A stretch of 63,584 nt of DNA, filler included, from Octopus bimaculoides (Eukaryota): the NCBI RefSeq assembly GCF_001194135.2. It is 4 parts of 4 records of this genome, joined end to end, with 100 filler letters (N's around TTAATTAATTAA, not from the genome) between each part and the next. Parts side by side here need not be neighbours in the genome. Positions count along the whole stretch, not along the records: positions 29,935 to 46,853 come from NC_068991.1; positions 46,954 to 60,808 come from NW_026409953.1; 2 more parts are not named here. The stretch is one strand, 5' to 3'. Position numbers and translations under genes: made by a program. The notes below the pieces were generated by a model. That model did no database searches. It saw only the letters and a list, made by a program, of their open reading frames with translations, and had not been told where the DNA came from. Positions 35,187 to 49,335 of the stretch are shown one piece after another (position 1 is the first letter of the stretch; the number at the start of each line of letters is the position of its first letter).

Positions 35187-36211
35187 TTATATTACGACTT
35201 CGCCTCTACGATTTCCTGTTGACACATTCTAAATAGGCCAAGGTCTGGGTTTCTGGATTCTCACACACAAGCATACATACAGACGCCACACATACACAAA
35301 CACACATGCACACACATACACACTCACAAGCACACGTACACACGCAATCACGCATACACATACGTTTTGCACTCATAGTTTTTATTAATGTATAAATAAC
35401 AACAGATTCATTCATAAATAGATACGCTTAATTACATGCAAACATGTATACATACATGCGCGCTCTCTCTCACACACACAAACGCACACACGCACACACA
35501 TACACACTCACACTCACACACACACTCGCTCTCTCTCTTTCATAGATATACTTCATGTACGTGCATAACAATACTGACATAGAAACGATTCCGACTCTAG
35601 CAAATCTTTTATAATTATCTCAGTCCTCTCTGCAGCTTTTCTGCCAACGCCTTTTGCGTCTGGCAGTTGTTCTTAATAAAAGATTGAAATAAACCTTGGC
35701 AGCTATTTTAGAAATCCTATGGCAAGTAAAGGAAAGATGTGGAAGAGAAAGTAAAAGGGAGAGGGCGGTAGAAAGGGAGATAAATGATGGGAGTAGGTTA
35801 GTGGAGAAGTAAGGGAAAAGGAGAGTATAACCGCAGACGATGACGTTTGGGTTTGTGATTGGGTAGAAGGTATTTGTGGAAAGATAGAGAGAATAGAATT
35901 GTGTGTGTGAGAGAATGCAGGAGAGAGAGAGGGGGGAGGAGAGACGGGGAGAAAGAAAGGGAGAGGGTATGAGAAAGAAAGAGAAAGAGAGAGATGAAGA
36001 GAAAGACTGTGAAATGAAAAAGGGAGACACCTTGAAAGTGAAGACAATGTGTTGAAAAAACGAAAGGTAGAAAGGCACACCCAGGTGTGTATGTATGCAT
36101 GTATGTATGTATGTATGTATGTTTATATACATATACGAATGTATAAGTTATATTTATATGTATATTTATATAACATATGTAATATATGCGTCTGTATATG
36201 AAGAGAAAGTA

Positions 36212-36270
<59 letters not shown>

Positions 36271-36811
36271 AGGAGAGGAGAGACGGGTGTTGAGGTGGAA
36301 ATAGAAAATATTCATGTAATGAGAAAAAAAAGCAGTTAAGCGTTACTTTCGCAAAAATATGAAACAGATTTTATGTTTGTTTCATAAGATAAGACAGATC
36401 TTTACGCATGGAAAAGGTTTTTGGCAGAAGGCTCCCATTTTCGAACATCATAAGTCAACATTTTGACACTGGTTCATTACCTGTGAGGTTTATTAATTGT
36501 ATATCTTCTGTCATAAGATATATCTTAACCGATAACGAAACTGTCAGTTTGGTCTGCATAATTCCCTTGAAAGTCCTCAATCGATTCTGGAAATGATAAA
36601 TGTTGGCGCATTTTTGAAGGATGGTCAGTAATTGCTCTAAATGTTCCCTCACTCCAGTATAAAGCACAATTTTCTACAGGAAAACAATGCTTGTGTTTAG
36701 ATTTATTGCTTCAATACAGAAATGACATGCACTCGGTTAACTTACAGGAGGAAGTTCTTTGACAAGCTTTATTGACTAGAGGTCTAAAAGTCAATATCAA
36801 TTGTTGCCAAA

Positions 36812-36850
<39 letters not shown>

Positions 36851-37429
36851 NNNNNNNNNNNNNNNNNNNNNNNNNNNNNNNNNNNNNNNNNNNNNNNNNN
36901 NNNNNNNNNNNNNNNNNNNNNNNNNNNNNNNNNNNNNNNNNNNNNNNNNNNNNNNNNNNNNNNNNNNNNNNNNNNNNNNNNNNNNNNNNNNNNNNNNNNN
37001 NNNNNNNNNNNNNNNNNNNNNNNNNNNNNNNNNNNNNNNNNNNNNNNNNNNNNNNNNNNNNNNNNNNNNNNNNNNNNNNNNNNNNNNNNNNNNNNNNNNN
37101 NNNNNNNNNNNNNNNNNNNNNNNNNNNNNNNNNNNNNNNNNNNNNNNNNNNNNNNNNNNNNNNNNNNNNNNNNNNNNNNNNNNNNNNNCGATGAAGGGAT
37201 ATAATAAATATCCTGGAAACAGCTGTAAGACCTTCTATTTATAAATGTTCTAAAATCTTCACAGCCTTGGTTTTTTTATCTTATTTTGAAAATTTTTGTT
37301 ATATATACATATATATATATGTGCTCCTTATTTTTGATACTCACACGCGCACGCACAAACACACACATACATACACACACATATGTATCAAAAATGAGGA
37401 GCGCATATATATATATATATATATATATA

Positions 37430-37868
37430 CTGGGTCATCCCATAAATAATGCGGTTTTAATACTTTTATATATTCAAAATTAAGATAAACAAAGTTCTTT
37501 TTTGATCTAAAATATACTCTCCTTCATTTTCTGCAATGCTCTTCCATCCATCTGGTAGACTTGCAAAGCCCCTGTTCCAAAATTCACTTGTCCATGACGA
37601 AAAATACTCCTCCACTACTGTTCTTACCTCGTCTACAGAATTCATATTTTTTCCATCCAAATGATTTTGAAGACTGCGGAATAAATGATAATCAAATGGG
37701 ACAATGTCCGGCGAATATGGAGGGTGGGACATCGTTTCCCGTTCAAACTGTACCAGCCTTTGGAATGTCACCTTCGCTGTATGTGGCCGAGCATTATCCT
37801 GATGAAAGAACAACATTCGTCTTGTAAGTAAAGATGGTCGTTTTTCTTCTAGCGCTGACTTACTCACA
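37430..37868 (-). mobile_element. Mariner (DD34D) 3' half with TIR, in (TA)n
   Basis: HQDNARPHTA..HPPYSPD.VP.DYHLFRSLQNHL..GEYILD; TIR CTGGGTCATCCCATAAATAATGCGG at 37430. Confidence 0.92.
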
Positions 37869-37869
37869 G

Positions 37870-38564
37870 TAGATCTCTTTTGTCATTGGCATTCGCACCG
37901 GAAGCTCCAATATGAACATACAGAACAACCATTGTCTTGCCGTGTCCCCAAAACATGTACCGAGAGTGATAAAAATAAAACACCAGTCAACATCATGGTG
38001 TTTGGAGCGATCACTACTGATAGTGATGTTATGCCGCCATTCATCTTCCCACACGGCCTCAGACTCAACACGGAGGCCTATATCAAATTCCTGGAGGAGA
38101 TTGTGCTGCACTGCGTCAAGAGGGTGGCTGCTGGAAGACCCTATGTCTGGCAACAGGACCCTGCACCATGCCACATAATCAGGAGAGTCCAGTCACGGCT
38201 ATCAGACAATTTCTGCGACAACATCACCCCTAACATCTGGCTACCTAACTCCCCAGACTGCAGCCCTCTTGATTATTATGTGTGGGGTGCAGTTGAGCGA
38301 GAGACCAATAAAACTCCTCGTAACACCAAAGATAAACTGAAGGGAAGGATTATGGCAGGATTCACCAACTTAAACAAGGAGACCGTCTAGAAGTGTTGCA
38401 GAAGATTCCGAAGTCATCTCGAGGCCATGGTTGAAGCCAATGGCAATTTTATTGAACAAATTTACTGTTTAATATTTCAAGATATTTTTTATGTAATTTT
38501 GTAAATATATCTGTTAAAATAAAATGTCAGTGCTGTTTTCTTTTTTGCATAATTTAGACGACAG
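37870..38564 (+). mobile_element. Tc1/mariner-superfamily maT-type (DD37D) transposase 3' half with TIR
   Basis: VMVFGAI-like motif..WQQD-37 aa-D (counted: PAPCH...SPDCSPL); continues past a stop to EANGNFIE; terminus ...AATTTAGACGACAG-TA. Confidence 0.85.
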
Positions 38565-39027
38565 TATATTCACCGCACCCTACACACACGGTGTATATAC
38601 TGTGTGAATATGCGTGTGTGTGTGTGTGTGAGAGAGAAAATGTATAAGAAAAGCACAAACGAAAACAGACACAGAATGGCAGGATAGCAAATTAAAAAAA
38701 CATAAAATGCATAGATGAACGGAAAACAGATATATATATATATATAAATATATAATGTACACACTTAAATAAATTACTGCTCACATAACGTTGATCAGCT
38801 ATCACTGACACGTTGCTTAGACACCAGTCTGCCATAAACGAATGAACATATTTGAAGCGATGTTTAACGGTCTTCTACTAAACTGGAAATACCTTCATTA
38901 AAACAACATTGGGTCATTTCTGGATACTCTTCAGCTTGAACAATGCTGGGTATCCTATTACTGTGCCTGTGTGTGTATGTGTGTATGTGTGCGTGCGCGC
39001 GCTTATATAATACGTATATTTTCATGG

Positions 39028-39087
<60 letters not shown>

Positions 39088-39089
39088 TA

Positions 39090-39485
39090 ATGGATGTGAT
39101 ACGACGATGGCGAATATAAGAGGAGATACGAAATGTGGCTAGATATGTCCACTGGCTGTTGTGCAGTAAAGAAAGCCTCAAGAGAGCCGAACAATAATAT
39201 GAACACATGCCAGAGGGAGTAATGGAAAACGAACATTACAAAATACTCTGGGATTTTAGCATGCGTTGCGACCAAGTCATAGAGGCGAGACGACCAGATA
39301 TCTTGCTCATCCATAAAGATGAAAAAGAAGTAAAGATAACAGATGTTGCAATACCAGGCGATTCGAGGGTGAAGTGTAAGGAAACCAAAAAGAGTGAGAA
39401 ATACCAGCCACTGCAGGACAAAATAGGAAATTTATGGTGCATGAGAAAAGTAATGGTGATACCGGTAGTAAATGAAGCATTTTCA
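39090..39485 (+). mobile_element. R4/Dong-clade C-terminal (RLE) fragment
   Basis: KILWDFSMRCDQVIEARRPDILL..DVAIPGDSRV..KYQ.L; preceded by ARYVHWLLC; starts directly after (TAA)n at 39029-39088. Confidence 0.85.
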
Positions 39486-39725
39486 ACTTGCTGGGCAACA
39501 TGCCTTCGCTAGACATCTTTTCACCACTGACAACATACAGTGGAAGAGGTTGATCTTCGTTGCCTGTCAAATGAAACCCAAATTTTAAATAGCTATTGCA
39601 GTATTGACGATTGGGTCGAGCTTTCGTATTATTATCACTACGCTTAGTTGCTTTCGACGAATGTTCACTTTCAAATTTATACTCGTCACGGTTATTTCTC
39701 CTTTTAATAACATTTTCCATTTTAT
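39470..39725 (-). mobile_element. hAT (Buster/Charlie-type) transposase N-terminal BED-finger fragment
   Basis: RQYCNSYLKFGFHLTGNEDQPLPLYVVSGEKMSSEGMLPSKLK resembles the recalled Buster/ZBED5 motif Y..SYL..GF......P.C..C...LSN..M.PSKL.RH; Cys residues mutated. Confidence 0.78.
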
Positions 39726-40448
39726 GGGTAATTTAATCTGTCAATATGAAATGCCTGGCACAAAGAGCACAGATTACTAACAGAGTCAAACTGCAACTGA
39801 GACAAGTGACCAGTGAGTTGTGAAAAGTGGCAGCGTGTCACATATTATCGGACTCATTGAAGAAGTCTTTCAAAATAAATTGAAAAGATGAAAATTCTCA
39901 CCACTATATGAATGAAAAAAATTGAAATACAGCCACAATACGTGAGAACGTATTAAAAGATTTAGTTCAACATCGTATATTTTAGTTCAATAGTTTATTT
40001 TTCACAATTATTATTGAAATGAAAACTGCTGAGAATATGACCGAAATAAACTGAAACATAGCCGTGCACTGAATATGTCCATAAGACGTCAATTTCGAGG
40101 ATAGATTGAGGCCAATTTAGTTCTTATCCTTATGAAATTTCAGATTAAAAATTGAATAACAGTCATAGCATAATTAGCCTAAATGAATTGAATGACACAA
40201 TCACCTCTCATTCTTAGTTTAGAATTTAGTATTTAGTTTTTTGTCACTTTGACATTTATCTATGAACATTCTAGAGAATTTCGGTTTGTAGTTTTCATAT
40301 TTTCAAATATAATTTTACATTCTCGAGGCGCACCTAATTACCACTGCCCCAACCCAACAATTAATTCATCTTCATTATTGACAAGTTTACTCAAGGTGGA
40401 TTTAATTGCTAATTCTATCCTACACTCTTTTAATTATATCCACCACCC

Positions 40449-40492
<44 letters not shown>

Positions 40493-40751
40493 ATCTATCT
40501 ATCTGTTTGTCTGTCTGTGTATCTATTTGTCTGTCTGTCTGTCTATCTATCCCACCGTTGTGTGTGTGTCTGTATGTGTACATAGATATCCACACACTTA
40601 CAGAGACGTACAAACACCGAAATACTGAACAGACGTTACTCAAGTAGAAAATAAGTACAAGTGCATACACCTACATATATACAATTACTACTCAACCGTA
40701 TATTAACAAACTCCGAACACTGTCTTTACTCAAAGAATAGCTTTAACTCCA

Positions 40752-41214
40752 TAAAGAACGAAAATAAATTTCAAAGAACGAAATGAAATTTCAAAGAACG
40801 AAATGAAATTTCAAAGAACAAAAAGAAACTTCAAAGAACGAATATAAATTTCAAAGAACGAAAAGAAATTTCAAAGAACGAAAAGAAATTTCAAAGAATG
40901 AAAAGAAATTTCAAAGAACGAAAAGAAATCTCAAAGAATATAAATTTCAAAGGACGAAAATAAATTTTAAAGGATGAAAATAAATTTCAAAGAACGAAGA
41001 TAAATTTCAAAAAACGAAAATAAATTTCAAAGAACGAAAAAAATTTCAAAGAACGAAAAGAAATTTCAAAGAACGAAAATAAATTTCAAAAAACGAATAT
41101 AAATTTCAAAGAACGAAAATAAATTTCAAAGAACGAATATAAATTTCAAAGAATGAAAATAAATTTCAAAGAACGAAAATAAATTTCAAAAAACGAAAAT
41201 AAATTTCAAGGAAC
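40752..41214. repeat. 20-bp minisatellite, about 23 copies
   Basis: Unit AAATTTCAAAGAACGAAAA(T/G), counted by eye. Confidence 0.95.
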
Positions 41215-41617
41215 AACTCCCTCCACCCACATAATCATAAATTATTGTATTCTCTCGTAGTCCTAGAAAGACGGTTCTGCTATTTCTTGTTGAACAAGCT
41301 GCACAAACTATCTGTTTGTAGTGATCAAATGGTTTTGTTGAACGTTAGATGACTCCATTCCATCAAATCGACATTTCCCGATCTGTTGCACGGCGTGCCA
41401 TACATCAGATGCCCAAATGATCCCAGACCAACAAGAGATGAAGTGTTTTGCTCAAGAACACAATGTCCAAGAATTGAAACAACAAGCGCTAGATCGTGAG
41501 TGCAACGCTCAGCCACTAGACCATGCACACTCACCTTAGTCCCACCATATATATACTAATACATCCATTTGTTGCTTACACCACCTGTGTTCGTCTGTTG
41601 TTTTATCGTGAATTCTC

Positions 41618-41665
<48 letters not shown>

Positions 41666-44479
41666 CCAAGGCGAGCGATTGAGGGAGTGGGACAGGAAAC
41701 AGCCAGGCTACATGCTTCTTAGCTAGTTGATCCCCTGATGTAATAATTACTCAAACAGGGGTACTCAACTTAGCTAATCAGCAGGCCGAGAATATCTCAT
41801 ATTACGTTGCGGTTACATTGTCGCTTGAAATTTCGAAGTCGACTCACAGTTTGATTCAAATTTCGTGCTACTTAGAGTTTCAAAGTACCTGATGGCTGAT
41901 GGAACTTATATAAGTCCCGTCAGAGGGTTTGAAACTTTAAGTAGCACGGAATTTGAACCAAAGTGTTCTCCCAATAAATGTGTTGAGTGCCCTTTCTTTC
42001 GTTTTTCCACTCACTCGTGCATGTATATATATATATATATATATNNNNNNNNNNNNNNNNNNNNNNNNNNNNNNNNNNNNNNNNNNNNNNNNNNNNNNNN
42101 NNNNNNNNNNNNNNNNNNNNNNNNNNNNNNNNNNNNNNNNNNNNNNNNNNNNNNNNNNNNNNNNNNNNNNNNNNNNNNNNNNNNNNNNNNNNNNNNNNNN
42201 NNNNNNNNNNNNNNNNNNNNNNNNNNNNNNNNNNNNNNNNNNNNNNNNNNNNNNNNNNNNNNNNNNNNNNNNNNNNNNNNNNNNNNNNNNNNNNNNNNNN
42301 NNNNNNNNNNNNNNNNNNNNNNNNNNNNNNNNNNNNNNNNNNNNNNNNNNNNNNNNNNNNNNNNNNNNNNNNNNNNNNNNNNNNNNNNNNNNNNNNNNNN
42401 NNNNNNNNNNNNNNNNNNNNNNNNNNNNNNNNNNNNNNNNNNNNNNNNNNNNNNNNNNNNNNNNNNNNNNNNNNNNNNNNNNNNNNNNNNNNNNNNNNNN
42501 NNNNNNNNNNNNNNNNNNNNNNNNNNNNNNNNNNNNNNNNNNNNNNNNNNNNNNNNNNNNNNNNNNNNNNNNNNNNNNNNNNNNNNNNNNNNNNNNNNNN
42601 NNNNNNNNNNNNNNNNNNNNNNNNNNNNNNNNNNNNNNNNNNNNNNNNNNNNNNNNNNNNNNNNNNNNNNNNNNNNNNNNNNNNNNNNNNNNNNNNNNNN
42701 NNNNNNNNNNNNNNNNTATATATATGCATATTAATATATAAATGTATATATATATATATGTTGGCACTCCGTCGCTTACGACGACGAGGGTTCCTGTTGA
42801 TCCGATCAACGGAACAGCCTGCTCGTGAAATTAACGTGCAAGTGGCTGAGCGCTCCACAGACACGTGTACCCTTAACGTAGCTCTCGGGGATATTCAGCG
42901 TGACACAGAGTGTGACAAGGCTGAAAGTTTCTCGTCGTTTAAGCTGGAGAGTAGACATTTTACTCATTCACGATAACTAAAATAATGCTCAGCAGTTCAA
43001 ATTATTTAACAGGTCTTTGTGGCTGTTGTTGAGCTGCAGGTCAGTCAAATAGAAATAGATATATTGGGATAGACATTCTAGTCGTGGTCTTTACGCCATT
43101 TATTTTATATATTAGGGGCCACATTGTTCAATGTGTTCTTTACGTTAGATGGATGTTAAGCTGTGAGCTGAGTAGGATTTGGTTTTTATTTCTAACCAGT
43201 GAAATGATTGCGCAGAGATTTGTTCATGTATGCAAGCGCGTTCGTACATACGTACATGCATACATACACACATAAGCACATACATGCATACAAACATACC
43301 TATATACATGCATGCATACATACATGCATTATGTATGTATGTATGTATGTATGTATGTATGTATGCATGTATGTGTATGCGTGCCTATTCCTATCGTTGT
43401 GTATTGCGTGCGTGTTCTTATCGTTGAAGTTAGAACATGAAATCGAATTTTCTGCACCTAGATGTGTACAGAAAGTTCTCCGGTTTAGTTTTAATGTCAG
43501 GTCAACTGGTATATGTGTATAGTTTTCTTATTAAATTACGAACAGAATATCACCAAAGTTAAAATTTGTACTCGCTACGAAGCCATCCAGACGCCATAAT
43601 TATTCACCTATTTTTACTAAAGCTGTCAGAAATTGATTCTCTCTCAAGATAGGAATATATAAGATTTTTAAGTTATTATAGGAATCTAGGTAGAAGTGGC
43701 GGCGGTTCGAATATTGTCACACGCACTGAGTAGTATACTGAAGAGCCGCCAATAGAAACTTCGCAAAACAGAACGAGGTTACTTTCGAGAATCCTTAGCT
43801 TCACTCAGTAAAGTGTATACGTGTTCGGTGGGGAGAGGGGCACCGTAAAATATTCATGAGGCTTTTCTTGGATTTTCTGACCCCCACCTTGGATCTCTTG
43901 ACCACGATAAGAATCCTGCTTGCAAAGACCATATATATCAACGATAGTTTATAATTATATAGAGTACATAGATCTAAATAGTTACCATAAGAGGTATGCA
44001 ACATACAAGAATAAACTCATACTGTAAATATTCAAAAAAAAAGAAAAGAAAAATGCACAAAATCCACATGTGCCATAGAAGGCCAATATCCGATAGAAAA
44101 ACACAACCTGAATTGCACAAACAACACACAATATGAAAACTAATACAACAGAAGGCTCAAACCAAACTCCGTAACAAGACGTACTGATACAATACAGTAT
44201 TCTCACCAAAAAAATGTAGCACTCCCCGCCCGACCAGCACACAGGTGCAACAAATGATGCAATAGAAAGTTGCTTGAAACTCTCAGATGTCGAAAAATAA
44301 TAGTTGTGATGACGGTGGTAACAAACGTTACCTTACCTCAGTTTATGAGAGACAGGAGTTGCCGAAGAAAATTTAGTTGTAACAGTGTAAACGAAGCTGG
44401 ATTTTTGAAGGAAGGCCTTTCGCCTAGCAGTGTTTCAGTAACGATGTAGACGCACCAGAGCTGTTATCCTAATACAGCA

Positions 44480-44830
44480 CCAGCAGATAATAGAGCAAGG
44501 AGGAGGAAGCGGACCGGCGAAGAAGACAGGATAGTGATGCAGTGCTACTTAGAAAGTGAACCTAAAAGATGTCTATAGAAAACGGATGTTAGCATTTTGG
44601 GTAAAGACGGGTATGTTTAAAGCGACTCAGCAGAGATTTGTTGATTAAGCTAATACTATTAGGAGAAGAAAGTGGATGACAGAATTGGAGGTAGAAGAGA
44701 TCACAAGAGAACTGAAAAAGAAACACCAGGCAGTGGGAAAGACAAACAACAACATGAGAGATGAAGCTCAAACCAAAGAAGAACCAAAAGGAAAATTAGC
44801 AATAGCGCTACCAATAATAAGGAAGGGACA
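44480..44830 (+). mobile_element. R4/Dong-clade ORF N-terminal fragment
   Basis: Across one frameshift and one stop: RRK(R)TGEEDRIVMQCYLESEP..YRKRMLAFW..GMF..TQQRFVD*ANTIRRRKWMTELEVEEITR, the recalled Dong N-terminal motif. Confidence 0.72.
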
Positions 44831-46176
44831 ACTGGTACCAACAACTCTCACCACACATTGTGCATTTCTCGCTGTCGGTAGTGTTGTCACCTGAGTCTGC
44901 TGGCTGTGGACAGCTGACACATTTCATCATACCCAGTAAAATAAACTGAGAGTTTTCATCAAATAATAATGGTGATCTTTTCTTTATTAGTCAGAAGGGA
45001 TTGAAAAGATACAGAAAAATTCATGGGAACTTTAGATAAGTGGTTTATAATGACTTTCGGGATGGGCAAAAAAAAAGATGTAAAAAGTATTTTACACAAA
45101 GATTATGTTTGGGACGAAAGACACCATGCAATATAGAAATGGACGAATTAAAACTTTATGTTGCACAAATATTTATACAGAATAAATAATAAAATAGCAT
45201 AAGACATAATAATCAATATTTTAGAAACAAATTCCCAACATTCCTCACCCACAAAATTCCTCCTTATATCTCCACTGAGAAAATTAACGTTAAGAGGGGC
45301 ATTCAGCGCGTGTGTGAGGTGATATGCAGTGGAAAAAAAAAAGAAAGAAAAGGGTTTTTTCCAGCAGGGTCATAAGAACGTTTGGAAGGGATATCTAAAC
45401 GGAAGTTAGACTTCTTATCATGTAAATACGCAATGATACTCCGTAACATGACCTTAGTAACTTTAGGGTGCACTACGTTGCAAGAGGCAAACATACGGAA
45501 GATAGCAAGACGATAAGAATGACTATTTCTACTACGACGACGATGATGATGATGGTGGTAGTGGTGGTGAGAGTGAATGAAGGTGCGTGACAGAGAGAAA
45601 GAGAGAGAGAGAAAGGGGGGTAAGGGGGATGAAATTCAATGAACCTTAGTGTTAAGATACCAATGTAAAACCTTATCACAGATTTGCTGGCGATTATTTT
45701 AATCGCAAATGAATTAATATTCTATCTTGTTTTATTTCCTTCCATACAAACAACATCCTGTCGAAGGGCGAGGATTCAGCTGCAAAGAACACGATATGTT
45801 CTTCTTGCAGTTGTTTTTGTTATTGCTGTTGTTATTGATGTTGCAGTTGTTGTCTTAGCTTCAGATTAACCTTGATCGAGCAAAACTTTGATCAGGGGTG
45901 CTCCAATTTATTACCACAAAGGCAGAAATCGATTGGCAGGGTCGTTAGAGCTTCAGATAAAATGCTTTGCAATATTTGTTTCGGCTCTCTGCGTTCTGAG
46001 TTCGAATACTGCTGAAATAAATTTTACGTATAATACCATTCAGCAGCCGATAAAATACCAACAAAATATGGGCTCGATTTCTCTCTCTGTTGATGTCTCC
46101 CACTGACATGCACACTCTCTCCCACTGTCTTTCTTTCACACACACGCGCACGCGCACTCACATGTACACACATACA

Positions 46177-46208
<32 letters not shown>

Positions 46209-46953
46209 TGTTCCATTCACATCTCTCCCTCTCTCTCACTCACTCCATTTCCCCATCTCCCTCACTTTGTTTACTTTGTTCGGATCTGGAGAGGGATGGG
46301 CTCCCACAGATTAAAAATGCCCGAGGGTCCCCTATAACTTCATCAAGTATTTTTGTATAAAGTAGTTTCATTGACAACAGCAATATATATTCTTACCAGC
46401 AGATATAACTTTATACACCCCCCCACACATATATATATATATACGTACATGCATGTTATATATCTGTGTGTGTATGTGTGCGCATATAGTTTTTATATAT
46501 GTAGTTTACATAGTTATATATATATATATATATAACGTCGGTTACGACGACGAGGGTCCCAGCTGATATGATCAACGGAACAGCCTGTTCGTGAAATTAA
46601 CGTGCAAGTGGCTGAGCACTCCACAGACACGTGTACCCCTAACGTACCTCTCAGGGAGAACAGAGTGTGACAAAGCCGGCCCTTTGAAAGACAGGCACTA
46701 CTCATTTTTGCCAGCTGAGTGGACTGGAGCAACGTGAAATAAGGTGTCTTGCTCAAGGACACAATGCGTCGCTGGGAATTGAACTCATGACCTTACGATC
46801 GCGAGCCGAATGCCCTAACCACTAAGTCACGTGCCTTCATATATATATATATANNNNNNNNNNNNNNNNNNNNNNNNNNNNNNNNNNNNNNNNNNNNTTA
46901 ATTAATTAANNNNNNNNNNNNNNNNNNNNNNNNNNNNNNNNNNNNNNNNNNNN

Positions 46954-46990
<37 letters not shown>

Positions 46991-47485
46991 ACACATATAT
47001 ACATGTGTGTCTGTGTGTATTGTGTGTGTGTATGTATGCATCGATGCATATCATTCGTTAAAGCTGGGACAATGTAGGAAATAGTACGTTTCACCGCAGT
47101 GCTGCTCGCCTTACACTTTCTTTCACAGCATGGTCAAGTGATGATTAGAAGATATTTTGCGAATGATGGAATTTGTTCTTTCATCCATACATGTTTCCAG
47201 TGTCCGAATTCAATTATTCACACTCACCTGATATAACATAGATATACACACACACACACATACACATCTGTACGTCATTTTTTAATATGTATGTATAGTT
47301 AGATAGACACAGACACACAGACAGAGAGATAGATACATAGATAGATAATGGACAAATAGATTGTCAGTTACATACCTACATACATGTATACTCATATATA
47401 AATATATGCATATATGTGTATTTAAATATATCTTTGTATGTATATGTATGTGTGTTTGCGTGGATGTCTCTCTCTCTCACTCTCA

Positions 47486-47523
<38 letters not shown>

Positions 47524-48704
47524 TATATATCACAATTCCTCTTTATTGACCGCCAATACTTTCTTCTGCCACGCTAAACCATGGTAGGCTTTAGGTATTT
47601 TTTCCTTAAATTCATTCTCATAGAATAATAGCAAAAAGAAACAATGTATTCTAGACCCTAGTACTGATGAAATAATTTGCTAAAGAATTATAATGGAGTA
47701 TCCTGTATGTTGGAAATATATATGTTCATAAGCATTCGAGGAAAGCACTTTATTTCAAATTCATGTAATGTTATACATATAATTTTTCCGTTTTTTTTTT
47801 CTTTTTCTCTTCCTTTACTGTTTTCCTTTTTTCTGCTGTCAACCTTCGGTCTACTGTCAATATTCCACTGGTAAAGTTCAAATCGTTCTGATGATGTTTG
47901 TTACATCACCCCCCCCCCAAAAAAAAAACTGAAACAGCTGTAAATGCCATCTAATCATAATTAAACTATGATCATTCAATACTAATGATCAACTCCTAAT
48001 TATTACATGTTGCTAGGTTACAGCGACGTAAACACGCCAACATCGCTTCTGAAGCGAAGGTGTGAAGAGAAACACAGACAAACAAATGCACACTTACACA
48101 CACACNNNNNNNNNNNNNNNNNNNNNNNNNNNNNNNNNNNNNNNNNNNNNNNNNNNNNNNNNNNNNNNNNNNNNNNNNNNNNNATATATATATATATACG
48201 ACGAGCTTCTTTCAGTTTTCGTCTGCCAAATCCACTCACTTTGGTTGGCCTGAAACTATAGCAAAAGGCAGTTTCCCAAGGTGCCACGCAGCAAGACTTA
48301 ACCCAGAACCATGTGGTCGGGAAGTAAGCTTCTTACCACACAACCACGACGGCGACTTTTCTGAATATTTTCAGGTTTGTTTCCCATTATATAGAATATA
48401 TACATATACACATATGTATACTTATATATGAAGCTCAAGTGTGTCTATTTGTTGATTTGCATCATTATTTCGATATCCGTTCAGTTGAACTCTTCTTATA
48501 GCATTTTTACTTCGAGGAATTGTTCCTTGTTTATGATATGTGAGGGTAATTTTAAATGGTTTGAGCACTACAGTTCTCTATACTGACCAACTCTGGATCC
48601 CGTAAGTTGACTCTCCGTCTCTTTCTTTCTCTCTCTCACTCCCTCTCTCTCACACACGCTCTCTCTCTCAATATATAAATATATATATATATGTATATAT
48701 ATAT

Positions 48705-48735
<31 letters not shown>

Positions 48736-49045
48736 TGTATATATATATATATGTATATATACACACACATATGTATAATATATAAATACTAAATAACCTA
48801 TATGTAAGCTTAAATATTTAAATATACATTTACACGAATATATTGAACATATACACATTTATGCAAATGGATAATGGCACAAACTGCATATGATAATCTT
48901 CGAATATCAAATGTAAGTCTATAGCATAATAGTAATAATTACTGCCATATTTCATGTAAAATTATACATACCTAATACATATATTTATATATGTATACAC
49001 CATATCTAAATTTATAGATAGATAGAAAAATACACACATATATGC

Positions 49046-49088
<43 letters not shown>

Positions 49089-49275
49089 CACTCAGTGAAA
49101 TAGAGTATCAAGTATGGAGGAAGAGAGCGTAAAAATCAAACAGAAAACAACACAAATAATCAAATACAGATCTATTGATTTTACATAAAGTACACTGTAT
49201 GCAATCCAAAATTCGGAACATATATATTAAGAATATATATATATATATGTAACACATACCTACATACATACCTAC

Positions 49276-49335
<60 letters not shown>

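Noticed and set aside
40752-41214. CRISPR-like regular repeat
   Set aside because: No unique spacers, eukaryotic context, no cas genes; also applies to 12160-12378.
41865-42976. Long ORFs of 150-330 aa here and at 21.2, 36.8, 49.2 and 53.0 kb
   Set aside because: They run through N gaps (X residues) and microsatellites.
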